Part shown: in pieces, positions 1-10,064 of the stretch
Layout: each line of letters starts with the position of its first letter
Numbering within the stretch: the stretch's first letter is position 1
Assembly (NCBI GenBank): GCA_965206645.1
Contig: CBDBKE010000004.1
Location: 416,001 to 480,000, forward strand
From: Terriglobia bacterium
GTDB lineage: Bacteria; Acidobacteriota; Terriglobia; JAJPHL01; JAPKYU01
Reading direction: 5' to 3'
Length of the DNA: 64,000 nucleotides
Position numbers and translations under genes: made by a program
The notes under the pieces: model-generated
Seen by the model: only the letters and a program-made list of their open reading frames with translations
Database searches by the model: none
What the model was told of the DNA's origin: nothing

Positions 1-1
1 G

Positions 2-544
2 CGCTGGGTCTACCGCAACGCCAAGGAATATGGCTTCGACACATCGAAGCTGGTGATGGCTGGCGAGTCCGCCGGCGGCCACCTCAGCCTGATGACGGGC
101 ATGCTCGATGCTAGCGCGGGATTCGACAACGAGTGTCCCGCGGAGCAGCCGCCCGGCAATCCTCCGCTGAAGGTTGCGGCCATCGTCAACTATTGCGGAA
201 TCGCCGACGTCACCAACGTGCTCGAAGGCCCCAGGCGCAAACACTTCGCTGTGCAATGGTTGGGCAGCCAGCCCAACCGGATGGAGCTGGCCCGGCGGCT
301 CTCCCCAATCTCGCACGTTCGCCGCGGCTTGCCGCCGGTGATTACCGTGCACGGCGCCGCCGACAGCACCGTGCCCTACGAAGACGCAGTCCGGATGCAC
401 CAGGCGCTGACTCAGGCCGACGTCCCCAACCAGCTCGTCACCATCCCTGGTGGGCAGCACTGGAGATGGCCCCGCGAAGAGTACCTGAAGGCACAGCAGG
501 CGATCTTCAAGTTCCTGGAACAACACGGAATCTTGTCTCGCTGA
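2..544 (+). CDS. Alpha/beta hydrolase (esterase/lipase), 5' end outside window
   Basis: GESAGGHL nucleophile elbow, HGAADSTVP acid motif and a C-terminal His; frame open from base 2. Confidence 0.85.
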   Translation, partial: RWVYRNAKEYGFDTSKLVMAGESAGGHLSLMTGMLDASAGFDNECPAEQPPGNPPLKVAAIVNYCGIADVTNVLEGPRRKHFAVQWLGSQPNRMELARRLSPISHVRRGLPPVITVHGAADSTVPYEDAVRMHQALTQADVPNQLVTIPGGQHWRWPREEYLKAQQAIFKFLEQHGILSR

Positions 545-564
545 AAGACTGGGAGCTACCACGA

Positions 565-1188
565 TCACCAATCACTCAAGACCACAACGTGCAGCTCGCC
601 TGGACCGTGCACACCTATGCTGAGGGTCAGCTCGATATCTGCCGTGCGGCTGGGGCCAGTGACCAGCACCATGGCGCTGGAACGCGTGGCCAGCTCGGGC
701 TCGAGAGTAAAAAGCTCCGCCAAGCCGGAGACGATGCGCGAGGCCGGCACGAGACAAGCATTGGCCGGCGGCAGCAAGGAAAGCGTGCGCCCTTCACCTT
801 CAGTGGCGAACAAGACTAGCGTCCCGGTGTCAGCCAGGCCGTAGTCAGCCTGGGTGATCGAGAGCGCGGCATTCTCGGCGGCAAAGCTGCCTTGGGGGTG
901 AAATCTGGTCCCGTTGAGACCGAGCGATTCCACCGTCGCCCGGCGCGCCACCACCACTTCCTCGCCCTTCTCCAGGGCGAGTTGCTCCAAATGCTGGCGC
1001 GCAGCAGCGGCGTCAGCGGCCACGAAAGTCTTGCACCCGAGCGCCTGCACCTCGTTCAGGAAACCAGCCAGCAGTTCCTCCCGAGTGCGCGCCGGGAAAT
1101 CCAGCAGGACTGGAGGCGCTTCCGGGTCGGCCGGCAGTCGTAGCCTCGCCTGAATCTCCCCCAGAATTTTTTCGCGCGCCGACTTCAT
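565..1188 (-). CDS. lutC: Lactate utilisation protein C (LutC/YkgG, LUD domain)
   Basis: ADTGTLV and TGPSRTADIE...GVHGP motifs; last gene of a lutABC run. Confidence 0.9.
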   Translation of the reverse strand: MKSAREKILGEIQARLRLPADPEAPPVLLDFPARTREELLAGFLNEVQALGCKTFVAADAAAARQHLEQLALEKGEEVVVARRATVESLGLNGTRFHPQGSFAAENAALSITQADYGLADTGTLVLFATEGEGRTLSLLPPANACLVPASRIVSGLAELFTLEPELATRSSAMVLVTGPSRTADIELTLSIGVHGPGELHVVVLSDW

Positions 1189-1207
1189 GTTTCGCAGACT
1201 TGCTCAG

Positions 1208-1231
1208 GTAGCGGCGGCCTTCAGGCCGCCG
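1208..1231. repeat. GTAG-type REP-like palindrome
   Basis: GTAG-CGGCGGCC-TTCA-GGCCGCCG perfect 8-bp stem between lutB and lutC. Confidence 0.5.
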
Positions 1232-1239
1232 TGTGGCTA

Positions 1240-2607
1240 CTAGCGCCGTTTGCGCCACCACTGGCGGAAAGAGGACTCCAGGGGCACGGGCAGCTCACGC
1301 GTCTTCTTCCAGGCAGCGGCCGGGCCGAGCGGCAGGGGCGCGAACCGTGCGCCCATCCCTGCCAATTCATACAGGTGGGGCCGTTCCATCACCCACGCCC
1401 AGACGCGGAAAGCCAACTTCTCCAGCCGGTGGCGCTCCGTGGCCGATTCGGTCTCATGGCGCCGCAGGGCCAGCAGTAATTCCGGGATGCGGATCTTCAC
1501 TGGACAGACGTCGCGGCAGGCGCCACACAGCGAGGAGGCGTAAGGCAGCTTGGGTTCGGCGGCCAGGCCGAGAATCTGCGGCGTCAGAATGGCGCCGATG
1601 GGTCCCGAGTACACCCCCGGATACGCGTGCCCGCCGATTTTGCGGTAAACAGGGCAAACATTGAGACAGGCTCCGCAGCGAATGCAGTAGAGCGCCTCGC
1701 GCAGCAGCGGGTCGCCCAGCGCGCGGGTGCGCCCATTGTCCAGCAGGACCAGGTGGAACTCGGCCGGTCCATCCGGCTCCGACGCGCGCCGCGCTCCGCT
1801 CAACACGGAAACGTAGCTGGTCAACTTCTGCCCGGTGCCGCTGCGGGCGATCAGCCGCAGGAACACCGCCAGATCGGCCATGCGCGGAATCACCTTCTCA
1901 ATTCCCATCACCGCCACATGCAGGCGCGGCACCGAGCTGCAGAAGCGGATGTTCCCCTCGTTCTCCACCAGCACCAGGCTGCCGGTTTCAGCCACGGCGA
2001 AATTCGCGCCAGTGACGCCCATCCCGGCCGTCAGAAACTTCTGGCGCAGCATGTTGCGTGCCGCGGCGGTCAACTTGGGAATTTCCTCGGTGCGCGGCAG
2101 CCCCAGCTTTTGCTCGAATAGGTCGGCCACCTCCTTGCGGGTCTTGTGGATGGCTGGGGCAATGATGTGGGAGGGCTTCTCGCCGGCAAGTTGGATGATG
2201 TACTCGCCCAGATCGGTTTCCACTGCCTCGATCCCCTGCCCCGCGAGCGCGTGGTTCAGCTCGATCTCCTCACTCAGCATGGACTTGCTCTTCACCACTT
2301 GTCGGACATGGCGGGCGCGGGCCAGTTCCGTGATGTAGGCGCAGGCTTGCTCTCCGTCGGCAGCCCAAAAAACGTGGCCACCGCGATCCAGCACACGCGC
2401 CTCGAGCTGCTGCAGGTAGTGGGAAAGATTCTCGATGGTGTGGCGTTTGATGGCGTTGGCCTGCTCGCGGAGTTGTTCCCATTCCGGCAAGCCCTGGGCG
2501 GCCCTGTCGCGCAACTCAACGAAGCGGAAGGTGGTCGCCGCCAGAGTGCCCTGCAGGCGTAGGTCGTCGAGGGCAACGTCAATGCGGCGGTCGAAGGAGG
2601 CCCTCAC
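1240..2607 (-). CDS. lutB: Lactate utilisation Fe-S protein B (LutB/LldF)
   Basis: ETDLGEYI, ENEGN, CIRCGACLNVCP and SSLCGACRDVCPVKI motifs; probable GTG start overlapping the lutA stop (GTGA). Confidence 0.92.
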   Translation of the reverse strand: MRASFDRRIDVALDDLRLQGTLAATTFRFVELRDRAAQGLPEWEQLREQANAIKRHTIENLSHYLQQLEARVLDRGGHVFWAADGEQACAYITELARARHVRQVVKSKSMLSEEIELNHALAGQGIEAVETDLGEYIIQLAGEKPSHIIAPAIHKTRKEVADLFEQKLGLPRTEEIPKLTAAARNMLRQKFLTAGMGVTGANFAVAETGSLVLVENEGNIRFCSSVPRLHVAVMGIEKVIPRMADLAVFLRLIARSGTGQKLTSYVSVLSGARRASEPDGPAEFHLVLLDNGRTRALGDPLLREALYCIRCGACLNVCPVYRKIGGHAYPGVYSGPIGAILTPQILGLAAEPKLPYASSLCGACRDVCPVKIRIPELLLALRRHETESATERHRLEKLAFRVWAWVMERPHLYELAGMGARFAPLPLGPAAAWKKTRELPVPLESSFRQWWRKRR

Positions 2608-3350
2608 GAGGATGCCCTGGCCGGAGTGGCCAGCACCTCGGCGACGTGCAGGCAGCGCAGTGGCAGGCCCAGCCGGCGCGCCCGTCCCTCCAGGTGCATT
2701 AGACAACCCATGTCACAGGAGACCAGCGTGCTGGCGCCCGAGCGACCCACGGACCGCAGCTTTTCGTCAGCGATAGCGGCCGAGAGCTCGGGGAACTTGG
2801 CCGAGAAGGTGCCGCCAAAGCCGCAGCACTCCTGCGCCTGGTCCAGCTCGCGCAGTTCCAGGCCGCGGACGTTTTCCAGCAGAGCGCGCGGCTGGCGGCT
2901 GACGCGCAATTCACGCAGCAGGTGGCAGCTTTCGTGGTAAGCCACCGCGCCGGCAAAACTCGCCCCCACGTCCTGGCGGCCCAACACCGACACCAGAAAC
3001 TCCGTGAATTCGTAGGTCCGCGCTCCCAGGCGCTCGGCTTCGGCCCGCTCTACGGTTCCTTCAGGGAACAGTTCGGGGAAGCCGTGGCGCACCATGGCCA
3101 CACAGGAGCCGGAAGGCGCCACGATTGTCTCGCTGTCGCGGAAGGCCGCCAGCCACGCCCGGGCCACGCGCCGCGCTTCCTCACGAAAGCCGCTGTTGAA
3201 CGCGGGCTGCCCGCAGCAGGTCTGCGCCGGCGGAAAGTCTACGGCCACGCCGCAGCGTTCCAGCACCGACACCATTCCGCTTCCGACATGCGGAAAAAAT
3301 TGGTCTACCAGGCAGGTGATGAACAGGGAAATTGGGGCCGGAGCCGGCAT
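2604..3350 (-). CDS. lutA: Lactate utilisation protein A (LutA, CCG-domain Fe-S protein)
   Basis: LFITCLVD, QTCCGQPAFNSG, SGSC, YHESCH, CCGFGGTFS, DMGCLMHL; start moved to ATG 3350. Confidence 0.92.
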   Translation of the reverse strand: MPAPAPISLFITCLVDQFFPHVGSGMVSVLERCGVAVDFPPAQTCCGQPAFNSGFREEARRVARAWLAAFRDSETIVAPSGSCVAMVRHGFPELFPEGTVERAEAERLGARTYEFTEFLVSVLGRQDVGASFAGAVAYHESCHLLRELRVSRQPRALLENVRGLELRELDQAQECCGFGGTFSAKFPELSAAIADEKLRSVGRSGASTLVSCDMGCLMHLEGRARRLGLPLRCLHVAEVLATPARASS

Positions 3351-3389
3351 CCAGAACGGATTGTAACATGCCGGCCAATTGGTGCTACT

Positions 3390-4022
3390 ATGGGACCCGT
3401 GACAGGAGTGCTGGTTTTGCTGGTGCCAGTGCTCGCGCTGGCGGGTCTGGCAATCTGGTACTGGTCGGTGGCGCAGGCGCGCCGGCACCGCGCGCTGGAA
3501 GTCGTGTCCTGGCTGCAGGGAGGGTTGGCCGGTCGCGGTCGTGTGGCTGGTACACGGTGGCTGACCTCCAACGAGTTGCTGACGCAACTGGATCTAGAGA
3601 GCAATCGGCTCTATACCGCTTCCGCTCACGTCTGCCTGGGAGGACCCAACTCCCCGGATGTCCTGACACTGCGCTGCGACCTGGATTACCCACCGAGCTT
3701 TGCGATCGAAGTAACATCCGAGCGCTGGAAGTTGGTCCCGGCCGACGCCCCTCCCAACTTCGGCGAAGGTCCACGCGTGCAGACCCGGCGCCTGGGGGTG
3801 TACGTGGTCACCGCCGAGCATCGCGTCACGCAGAATTACCGTGAGCTCATGCGTTCTCTGCTGAACTCGCACGCGATTCAGGTGGAGCGATTGCTGCTCA
3901 GTCCTGTGTCGCCGCACCTGGAGCTGAGCCTCAATCTCAACTTTGCCTCGCCGCCCCCGCCAGGGCCGCTATTCCGGTTATTGCAGCGGCTGGCAGAGCT
4001 TACACCGCAATACTCGCGCTAG
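3390..4022 (+). CDS. Hypothetical protein with N-terminal membrane anchor
   Basis: ATG 3390 followed by hydrophobic VLVLLVPVLALAGLAIWYW; divergent from lutA. Confidence 0.6.
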   Translation: MGPVTGVLVLLVPVLALAGLAIWYWSVAQARRHRALEVVSWLQGGLAGRGRVAGTRWLTSNELLTQLDLESNRLYTASAHVCLGGPNSPDVLTLRCDLDYPPSFAIEVTSERWKLVPADAPPNFGEGPRVQTRRLGVYVVTAEHRVTQNYRELMRSLLNSHAIQVERLLLSPVSPHLELSLNLNFASPPPPGPLFRLLQRLAELTPQYSR

Positions 4023-4057
4023 CGTCCCATTTCCGAAAATCGCTTTATAATCCGGTA

Positions 4058-4534
4058 ATGGCTAACGAACTGATCAGCACAGTTGCCGTTTCGACGACGT
4101 TGGGTGCCGCCTTGGTTGCCGGTATCTTCTTCGCCTTCTCAACATTCGTCATGACCGCTCTCAGCCGCCTGCTACCCGAACAAGGGATCGCAGCCATGCA
4201 GTTCATCAACGTGGCGGTACTCAACCCCTGGTTCTTTGCCGTGTTTTTCGGAACGGCGCTGGGCTCGATAGCTCTTGCCCTACTTGGAATCTTTTACTGG
4301 GGTGCACCTGGGTCGACCTATCTGGTCTCCGGCAGCCTACTTTACTTGATCGGCTGTATCTTGGTGACCATCGTGTTCAACGTCCCGCTCAACCATGCAC
4401 TGGCCGCTGTGGAACCGGGCAGCAAAGAGGGTGCTGAAATGTGGACCCGGTACCTCTCCACTTGGACTACATGGAATCACCTTCGAACAGTCGCGTCGCT
4501 GGCGGCCGCTGCATCGCTCGTCATGGCAACTTGA
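4058..4534 (+). CDS. DUF1772 / anthrone oxygenase family membrane protein
   Basis: AGIFFAFSTFVM, AMQFIN, NVPLN and WTTWNHLRT motifs. Confidence 0.85.
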   Translation: MANELISTVAVSTTLGAALVAGIFFAFSTFVMTALSRLLPEQGIAAMQFINVAVLNPWFFAVFFGTALGSIALALLGIFYWGAPGSTYLVSGSLLYLIGCILVTIVFNVPLNHALAAVEPGSKEGAEMWTRYLSTWTTWNHLRTVASLAAAASLVMAT

Positions 4535-5171
4535 TAATCCCACTTTATTCGGCATAACCATCAGATCGTAACAGGCCTGTTAATTTTCGAGTTAAGACAG
4601 GCGGGAAAACGACCGACCCAAACGTAAATTTTGAGGGGATGGGTGGTAGGAATTACCACCATTAGTGTGCTTTTGCTCAGTATTACGGCGAAAGACTGTT
4701 GCTGGGATAGCAACGATCAATCGCTCAGCGCCTCTCTCAGCCGACGACCGGACCGGGGAAGGCCCAGGGCTCGGCCTGGGCGAGTACGTGGCGCACACGG
4801 CGAATCTAGCCCGCGCCGAATGGCGCATCCACGGCGCGCCGCACGTCCTCCGAGCTCCTAGCCGTTCTCCAGCATGTATGGTTCAAGCTTCAGCCATTTG
4901 ATGGATTCTAAGCACTTAAATGGGAATCTTCATTCTCATCATCTGGCACTTCCACGAGAAAACTCTACCAGCAGCAAGATAGAAATACCTACTCGGCTTG
5001 GACTGAAAGCTCTGCGGGAGAGACAGTTCTGCCGAGTCCGGTGCAACTCATGCTCTTTCAGAGACTTGCATTACCGGCCCCTCTAGCGGGACAAGTGGAG
5101 AGTTTAACATCCCGATTCTGGGCCAGGCCTTGCACGAGGCGTGCTTAAGGCCCGTCAGCATTTCTCGGCCG

Positions 5172-5801
5172 TCACTTGGCTTCCGCTGCCAACAGGTTCT
5201 CGAACGCCACCTGCAGCTTTTCGTGACTGCCGATAATCGTGCGGCCCCAGGTGATCATGTGGGAGGGCGCATCTTCCGCTGGGTCGGGCCACCTGGCGGG
5301 CCGGCCGTAGAGAAAGAAGGCGTCCCACTCGACGCGATCGGAGCCGGGACGAGTCACGTGGGAGGCGTACCAGCGGCCCGCGACTTTTTGCGCGTCCCAG
5401 AAGTGGGTCACCCGGGAGTCGGCGAGCCTGTCGGTGGGCCACTCCGAACGGGCATCGGTGGGAATCATGTTGAACCACACGGCATACACCGCAACGTCCA
5501 GCTTGGGATTTTTCTCCAGGATCTTTTTCTGCACCCACCGGGTGCCGGCCGTGCAGACGGGTCACGTGGGAGAAAGCAGCAGCACAATGCGGATCTTCCC
5601 CTCGTCGCGGTTGAAGGTGGCCTGAAGATCCTCGACCCGCGCCAGGGTGTTCAGCCGCGTATCCTCCGCGGCCCAGAGGTCGCGAACCGGCGGCAACGAA
5701 GACAGAAGAGAGATGGCAACCAGCACGAAGGTCCAGGGACGGCCGTGGCGCATGTTTCGGGCTTTGTTCATCATGGTTCTCTCCATCTTGGTTCTCTGCA
5801 A
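5172..5801 (-). CDS. Exported thioredoxin-fold selenoprotein (UxxC), TGA at 5562-5564 read as Sec
   Basis: ORFs 5562..5801 and 5172..5534 are in the same frame; the join reads IVLLLSPT-TGA-PVCTAGTRWVQKKIL; N-terminal signal-like segment; start codon uncertain. Confidence 0.8.
5531..5561 (-). promoter_or_regulatory. Putative bacterial SECIS element
   Basis: GCACCC-GGT-GGGTGC hairpin whose G-starting loop lies 22 nt downstream of the UGA. Confidence 0.65.
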
Positions 5802-5988
5802 CGCGTCCGATGCACGGTAAGAGTCCCCTTATCCCCTCTTCCGGGTAGTTTCCCACCTATCCAGGCGGGTCAGGCCGCCTCCTCAACCATGCTCCGCAAC
5901 TTCGTGCCCTTGTACTTGCCCCAGCACGTGGGACATGGCCCGTACTTCTCAGCCTGGGGTGGCGGCGATTCCCGCTACGATGAATGAG

Positions 5989-7647
5989 CCGGAATTTCCA
6001 TTTTGAGCTTCCCCTTCACCCGAAAACCTATGCCTCTTACCCTGTCGTGTCAATCGCAAATCGCCCGGGCCTCTTTGAGGTGGTAGTGCGGCACATTTTG
6101 GCTGTTCTTCGGAGTCGCTGTGCGGGTTTCGCCTGCCCAGCCTGCCTCGCCGCTGACACTTGTCCGGCCCGACCACTTCTGAGCACCTAAAATTACCCTC
6201 TCTCCTGGGTCGCTAGCCGTCTGGCAGCGGCAGTGCCGAGATCGTTCGCAGCATGCTGCTGAACAGCCTCCGGCTCAAGTGCCCTTCGGCCAGCAAAAGC
6301 CAGTAATATCGCGCATGTTTCACCAGCCGTCCTCCCGTTTTCACCAGCCGCTGCTGCAAACTCGTCAGCGACCAGTTGTTGATCCTCTTCGGTAGCACCA
6401 GCCGCCGCCACAGGTTTCCCAAGTTGTAGGCGATCAGGCTCAGCCATAGGCGCACCTCGTTCGACCGAAACCGATGGCAACTCAGCCGGGTCATCTTTAC
6501 CGCCTGCTTGCCTTCCTTGATCCATTGCTCTGCGGTGCCCCGCTTGTTGTAGAACCGGACCACCGCCCGGCTGTCGGTCTCCAGATTGGTGACGATGAAC
6601 CCCACGCGAGGGAACAGTTCGCCAAAGTGGAACTCCACCTTCGCCACCACCCGCCGCGCCTTTTTCCAACTGGCTGCCTGGTAGAGAAAGCTCTTGTGCC
6701 AGACCACCGGCTTGTGGCTCGGTCGCCCCACTGACCGCGTCAACAACTCCGCGATGTCCCTCTCCAGACTGTCGTTGGCCGGGATGCGAATCGCATACTT
6801 CACGTCCCGCTCCTCCAGTGCGTCGTAGATCTCCGGCTTGGCGAAGGCGGCGTCGGCGCGAAACACCACTTCCTTGCCCAGCTTCTGCTGCCGTTCGATC
6901 TCTGGCAGGAGAAGTTCTTCCCAATCCTCGGCGCTGTGCACGTTGCCGGGTCGCAGCTTGGCCGCCAGACAGTCACCCTCGCGACTGAACAGCAACAACG
7001 GGTGATAGCAACTCGACTCGAAATGCCCGTTGTAGGCGCTCTGCTCCTGTTCGCCGTAGACCGGGATCTCGGTGCTGTCCATGTCCAGCACCACCCGGCG
7101 CGGCGCATCCATAGCTTCCGCCCTGGCGATCAAATCCCGGTTGATCGCTGCCAAACCAGCAAGGTTCTCGTCTTGCGTCAGCAGTTCTGTCTCGAACGAC
7201 TGTAACCGGGAAGTCAGGGCTGCGCCACGTTCCCAGATCTTCTCCGAACCGATCAGCCGGAACGTCGGATCTTGGGAAAGCCGCTCGGCGTCGTTGACGT
7301 CTTCGTATCCTGCCAAGCGGCTGTAGATGGACTGCCGCAGCAAGTCAGCGAGGGGCAACCGGGTGTTCTTCCCCCGAGAGTCGATCAAGTGCTGTTCGAT
7401 AAGTTCGCCGAACCCCAAACGTTCGTCCAACTCGCGCACCACAATCAGACCGCCGTCGGAAGTGATTCGCGATCCCTGAAATGTGACCCGCAGAAACCGG
7501 TTGAATGACAGTTGAAACGCCTGTTTTTGGCTCTCACCCATTCGGTGTACACCTCCGGAAGGCAATGTTGATGCTGGAACCCGCATCAATACTGACGTTG
7601 GAGTCATTCAGAAGGTTGCCGCCGATAGTTCATAAAGGAAATCCGGG
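5989..7647 (-). mobile_element. IS1380-family element
   Basis: Imperfect terminal IRs CCGGAATTTCCATTTTGAGC / CCCGGATTTCCTTTATGAAC around a transposase; no matching target duplication seen. Confidence 0.9.
6213..7541 (-). CDS. IS1380-family transposase
   Basis: TSDGGL, GYEDVND, LDMDST, YNGHF, RADAAF and FYNKRGTAEQWIKEGK motifs. Confidence 0.93.
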   Translation of the reverse strand: MGESQKQAFQLSFNRFLRVTFQGSRITSDGGLIVVRELDERLGFGELIEQHLIDSRGKNTRLPLADLLRQSIYSRLAGYEDVNDAERLSQDPTFRLIGSEKIWERGAALTSRLQSFETELLTQDENLAGLAAINRDLIARAEAMDAPRRVVLDMDSTEIPVYGEQEQSAYNGHFESSCYHPLLLFSREGDCLAAKLRPGNVHSAEDWEELLLPEIERQQKLGKEVVFRADAAFAKPEIYDALEERDVKYAIRIPANDSLERDIAELLTRSVGRPSHKPVVWHKSFLYQAASWKKARRVVAKVEFHFGELFPRVGFIVTNLETDSRAVVRFYNKRGTAEQWIKEGKQAVKMTRLSCHRFRSNEVRLWLSLIAYNLGNLWRRLVLPKRINNWSLTSLQQRLVKTGGRLVKHARYYWLLLAEGHLSRRLFSSMLRTISALPLPDG

Positions 7648-7729
7648 TTTATACCTACTTCGCCAGTGCGCCGTACCGGCTCGCCCGCGCTCCCCAGACC
7701 CAGAGCCAGACCTAAAGCCAGACCTCAAG

Positions 7730-8641
7730 TTAATCGCCGGCGCTCGACTCTTCGGCCTTCACACGCACCTGCGCTCCGGCCCAATCCTCGATGAGGGTAA
7801 TGGCCGACGCGTAGTCCTCCTCGCCGTGGCCGCGGGCAATGGAAGCGCCGAATAACTGGTGCACCACGGCCAGCCCCGGCAGCGGCACGCCCAATTCCTG
7901 GCCCGATTCCAGCATCAGCGAGAGGTCCTTGTGCATCCATTTCAAGGAGAAATTGGTGCTCCAATTCCCCTGAAACACCGCGTTCTTCTTGTACTGGTAG
8001 ATGCTGGCCTGAGCCGCGCTGTTCTGAACGATCTCGAACATCAGCTCAAGCGGAACGCCCGCCTTGGCCGCCAGCACAAAGCCCTCGCACATACCGTGGT
8101 AAGTCAAGGCCAGTACCAGATTCTGGGAAAGCTTGGCGTGCAGGCCCATACCGTTAGCGCCGACGTAGTACAGGTTCTTTCCCATCGGCAGGAAATACTC
8201 GCGGACGCGATCAAACACGGCGCGGTCGCCGCCAATCATAAACGTCAGAGTCCCCTTTTCGGCGCCCGCCTTGCTGCCGGTGCAGGGAGCGTCGAGAAAA
8301 TGCGCTCCCCGGGCGGCGAACTCGGCCGCCACGCGGCGGCTCACCGAGGGCGAAATCGTGCTGCAATCCACCACCGTGGCGCCTTTGCGAATGCCGTGGA
8401 GGAGGCCCTGCGGGCCGACCGTCATATCTTGCAAGTGGTCGGAATTCCCCACGCAGAGGAACACCAGTTCACACTTGGCCGCTAAATCGGCTGGTGAGGT
8501 CGCCACCTGGGCACCCTCTTTCCCCAGTTGCTTGGCTTTCTTCAGGGTGTGGCTGAAGACGGTCAGTGGGTGCTTCGCCGCCAGCAGCTGTCGCGCCATA
8601 GGCATGCCCATGATGCCCAAACCGATGAATCCCAGTTGCAT
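7730..8641 (-). CDS. Beta-hydroxyacid dehydrogenase (2-hydroxy-3-oxopropionate reductase-like)
   Basis: GFIGLGIMG, DCSTISP, FLDAPCTGS, KDL; next to glycerate kinase. Confidence 0.85.
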   Translation of the reverse strand: MQLGFIGLGIMGMPMARQLLAAKHPLTVFSHTLKKAKQLGKEGAQVATSPADLAAKCELVFLCVGNSDHLQDMTVGPQGLLHGIRKGATVVDCSTISPSVSRRVAAEFAARGAHFLDAPCTGSKAGAEKGTLTFMIGGDRAVFDRVREYFLPMGKNLYYVGANGMGLHAKLSQNLVLALTYHGMCEGFVLAAKAGVPLELMFEIVQNSAAQASIYQYKKNAVFQGNWSTNFSLKWMHKDLSLMLESGQELGVPLPGLAVVHQLFGASIARGHGEEDYASAITLIEDWAGAQVRVKAEESSAGD

Positions 8642-8695
8642 TGTTTCCTCCGAGTAGATCGATTCATTGAAGATTGATTCATTGGGAAGTTTTTG

Positions 8696-9991
8696 TTAGC
8701 CTGCGACCAGCAGGCGGAGGTCCCGCACATTATTGCCGGTGGGACCGGTAACCAGCGCATCGCCGAGGGCAGCGAAAAAGGTATAGGAGTCGGAGCGGCG
8801 AAAGAAGGCGACCGGGTCCATCCCTCCGACTCGGGCACGGGCCAGCGTGGTACCGTCGGCCACCGCGCCCGCCGCCGGGCTGTTGCCGTCCACGCCGTCG
8901 GTTCCCGCGCTCATCACGACAATGTTCTCCCCCTCGATCTTCGTTGCGCAGTAAAGAGCAAACGCCAGGTTCCGGCCGCCAACCCCATCGCCGGTCACCG
9001 GACAGCTCAACTCCCCGCCGCTGATCAGGCAGACCGGCCCGCTGGCCTGCCGCCGCAAGACTCTCAGCTTGCCGAGTAGATGATCTGCGGCCTTCTCCAG
9101 CGGCCAATCGTCGCAGCTCAGGTCAGACTCCGGTTTCCAGCCCCGCGCTTCGGCCAGACGCAGTAGGGAGGCGATCCCGTCCGCATTGGCGAGGATCGCC
9201 CGGTAGTAGCAGTTTGCAAAGCGCCGATCGCCCGGCTTGGGCGTCTCCGGGATTTCCCCGGACCCCAGCCGCCTCCCGTACGGTTCAGGAAGCTGGGCCG
9301 CCATGCCGTACCGCTTCGCCACTTCCAGGCATTCGGCAACTGTGGACTCGTCCGCCATGGTGGGTCCGCTGGCTACCGTAGAGGGCGTGTCGGCCGGAAC
9401 GTCCGACACGTAGAGCGTAAGCTGCTTGGCCGGATAGGCAGCCAAGGCGAGGCGCCCTCCCTTGACTGCCGAGAAATGTTTCCGCAGCACGTTCATCTCG
9501 TAAATGTTGGCGCCACAGGTGACCAGAAGCCGGTGAAACGCTGCAGCGTCCTCCAATGGGATGTCGTCAAACAGGGGCTTCTCCAGCAACGCCGAGCCTC
9601 CGCCGGAGATAAGAAACAACAACAGGGTTTGTTCGTCAGCTTCGGTGGCCAGGGTGAGTGCGGCCTCAGCGGCTTCCAGGCTCTCTGCATTGGGATAAGG
9701 GTGGCCACCCACGATGTAGCGAAAGTGGGGAAGCAATTGCCGGGGCGGCGCGCTGGGCACCACCAAGCCGCGCACCCGGCCTGCGCCCATGATCTGGTCC
9801 ACCGTGGCCGCCATCTCTGCGGCTGCCTTTCCGAAAGCCACAACTCGAATGCTTCGGTACTGATCGAGCGCGTACAGGTCGCCGCTCACTTCCAGCACTG
9901 TGCCTTTGACCCAAATGCCTGCCTGCATCCGCAAAGGCAGCTCCAGCTCGCGGAGCGCATCCAGGAAGATCTGGCGGAGAAGTTCACGCAT
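8696..9991 (-). CDS. Glycerate 2-kinase (DUF4147/MOFRL, TtuD-like)
   Basis: GKAA, GHPYP, LISGGGSAL, VKGG, SGPT, GGRN, GTDGVDG, TGPTGNNVRD. Confidence 0.9.
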   Translation of the reverse strand: MRELLRQIFLDALRELELPLRMQAGIWVKGTVLEVSGDLYALDQYRSIRVVAFGKAAAEMAATVDQIMGAGRVRGLVVPSAPPRQLLPHFRYIVGGHPYPNAESLEAAEAALTLATEADEQTLLLFLISGGGSALLEKPLFDDIPLEDAAAFHRLLVTCGANIYEMNVLRKHFSAVKGGRLALAAYPAKQLTLYVSDVPADTPSTVASGPTMADESTVAECLEVAKRYGMAAQLPEPYGRRLGSGEIPETPKPGDRRFANCYYRAILANADGIASLLRLAEARGWKPESDLSCDDWPLEKAADHLLGKLRVLRRQASGPVCLISGGELSCPVTGDGVGGRNLAFALYCATKIEGENIVVMSAGTDGVDGNSPAAGAVADGTTLARARVGGMDPVAFFRRSDSYTFFAALGDALVTGPTGNNVRDLRLLVAG

Positions 9992-10064
9992 GCAGGCTAG
10001 ACAAACTCTTCAAGACTCATTGCGGGTCAGGCAAGAATGGCAGGAGTGCCCTGCCTCGCGCGGG

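Noticed and set aside
4560-5130. Short ORFs between the DUF1772 gene and the selenoprotein
   Set aside because: No recognisable motifs; probably decayed DNA.
7694-7730. 12-bp tandem repeats (CCAGACCYARAG-like)
   Set aside because: Three short imperfect intergenic copies with no further structure.
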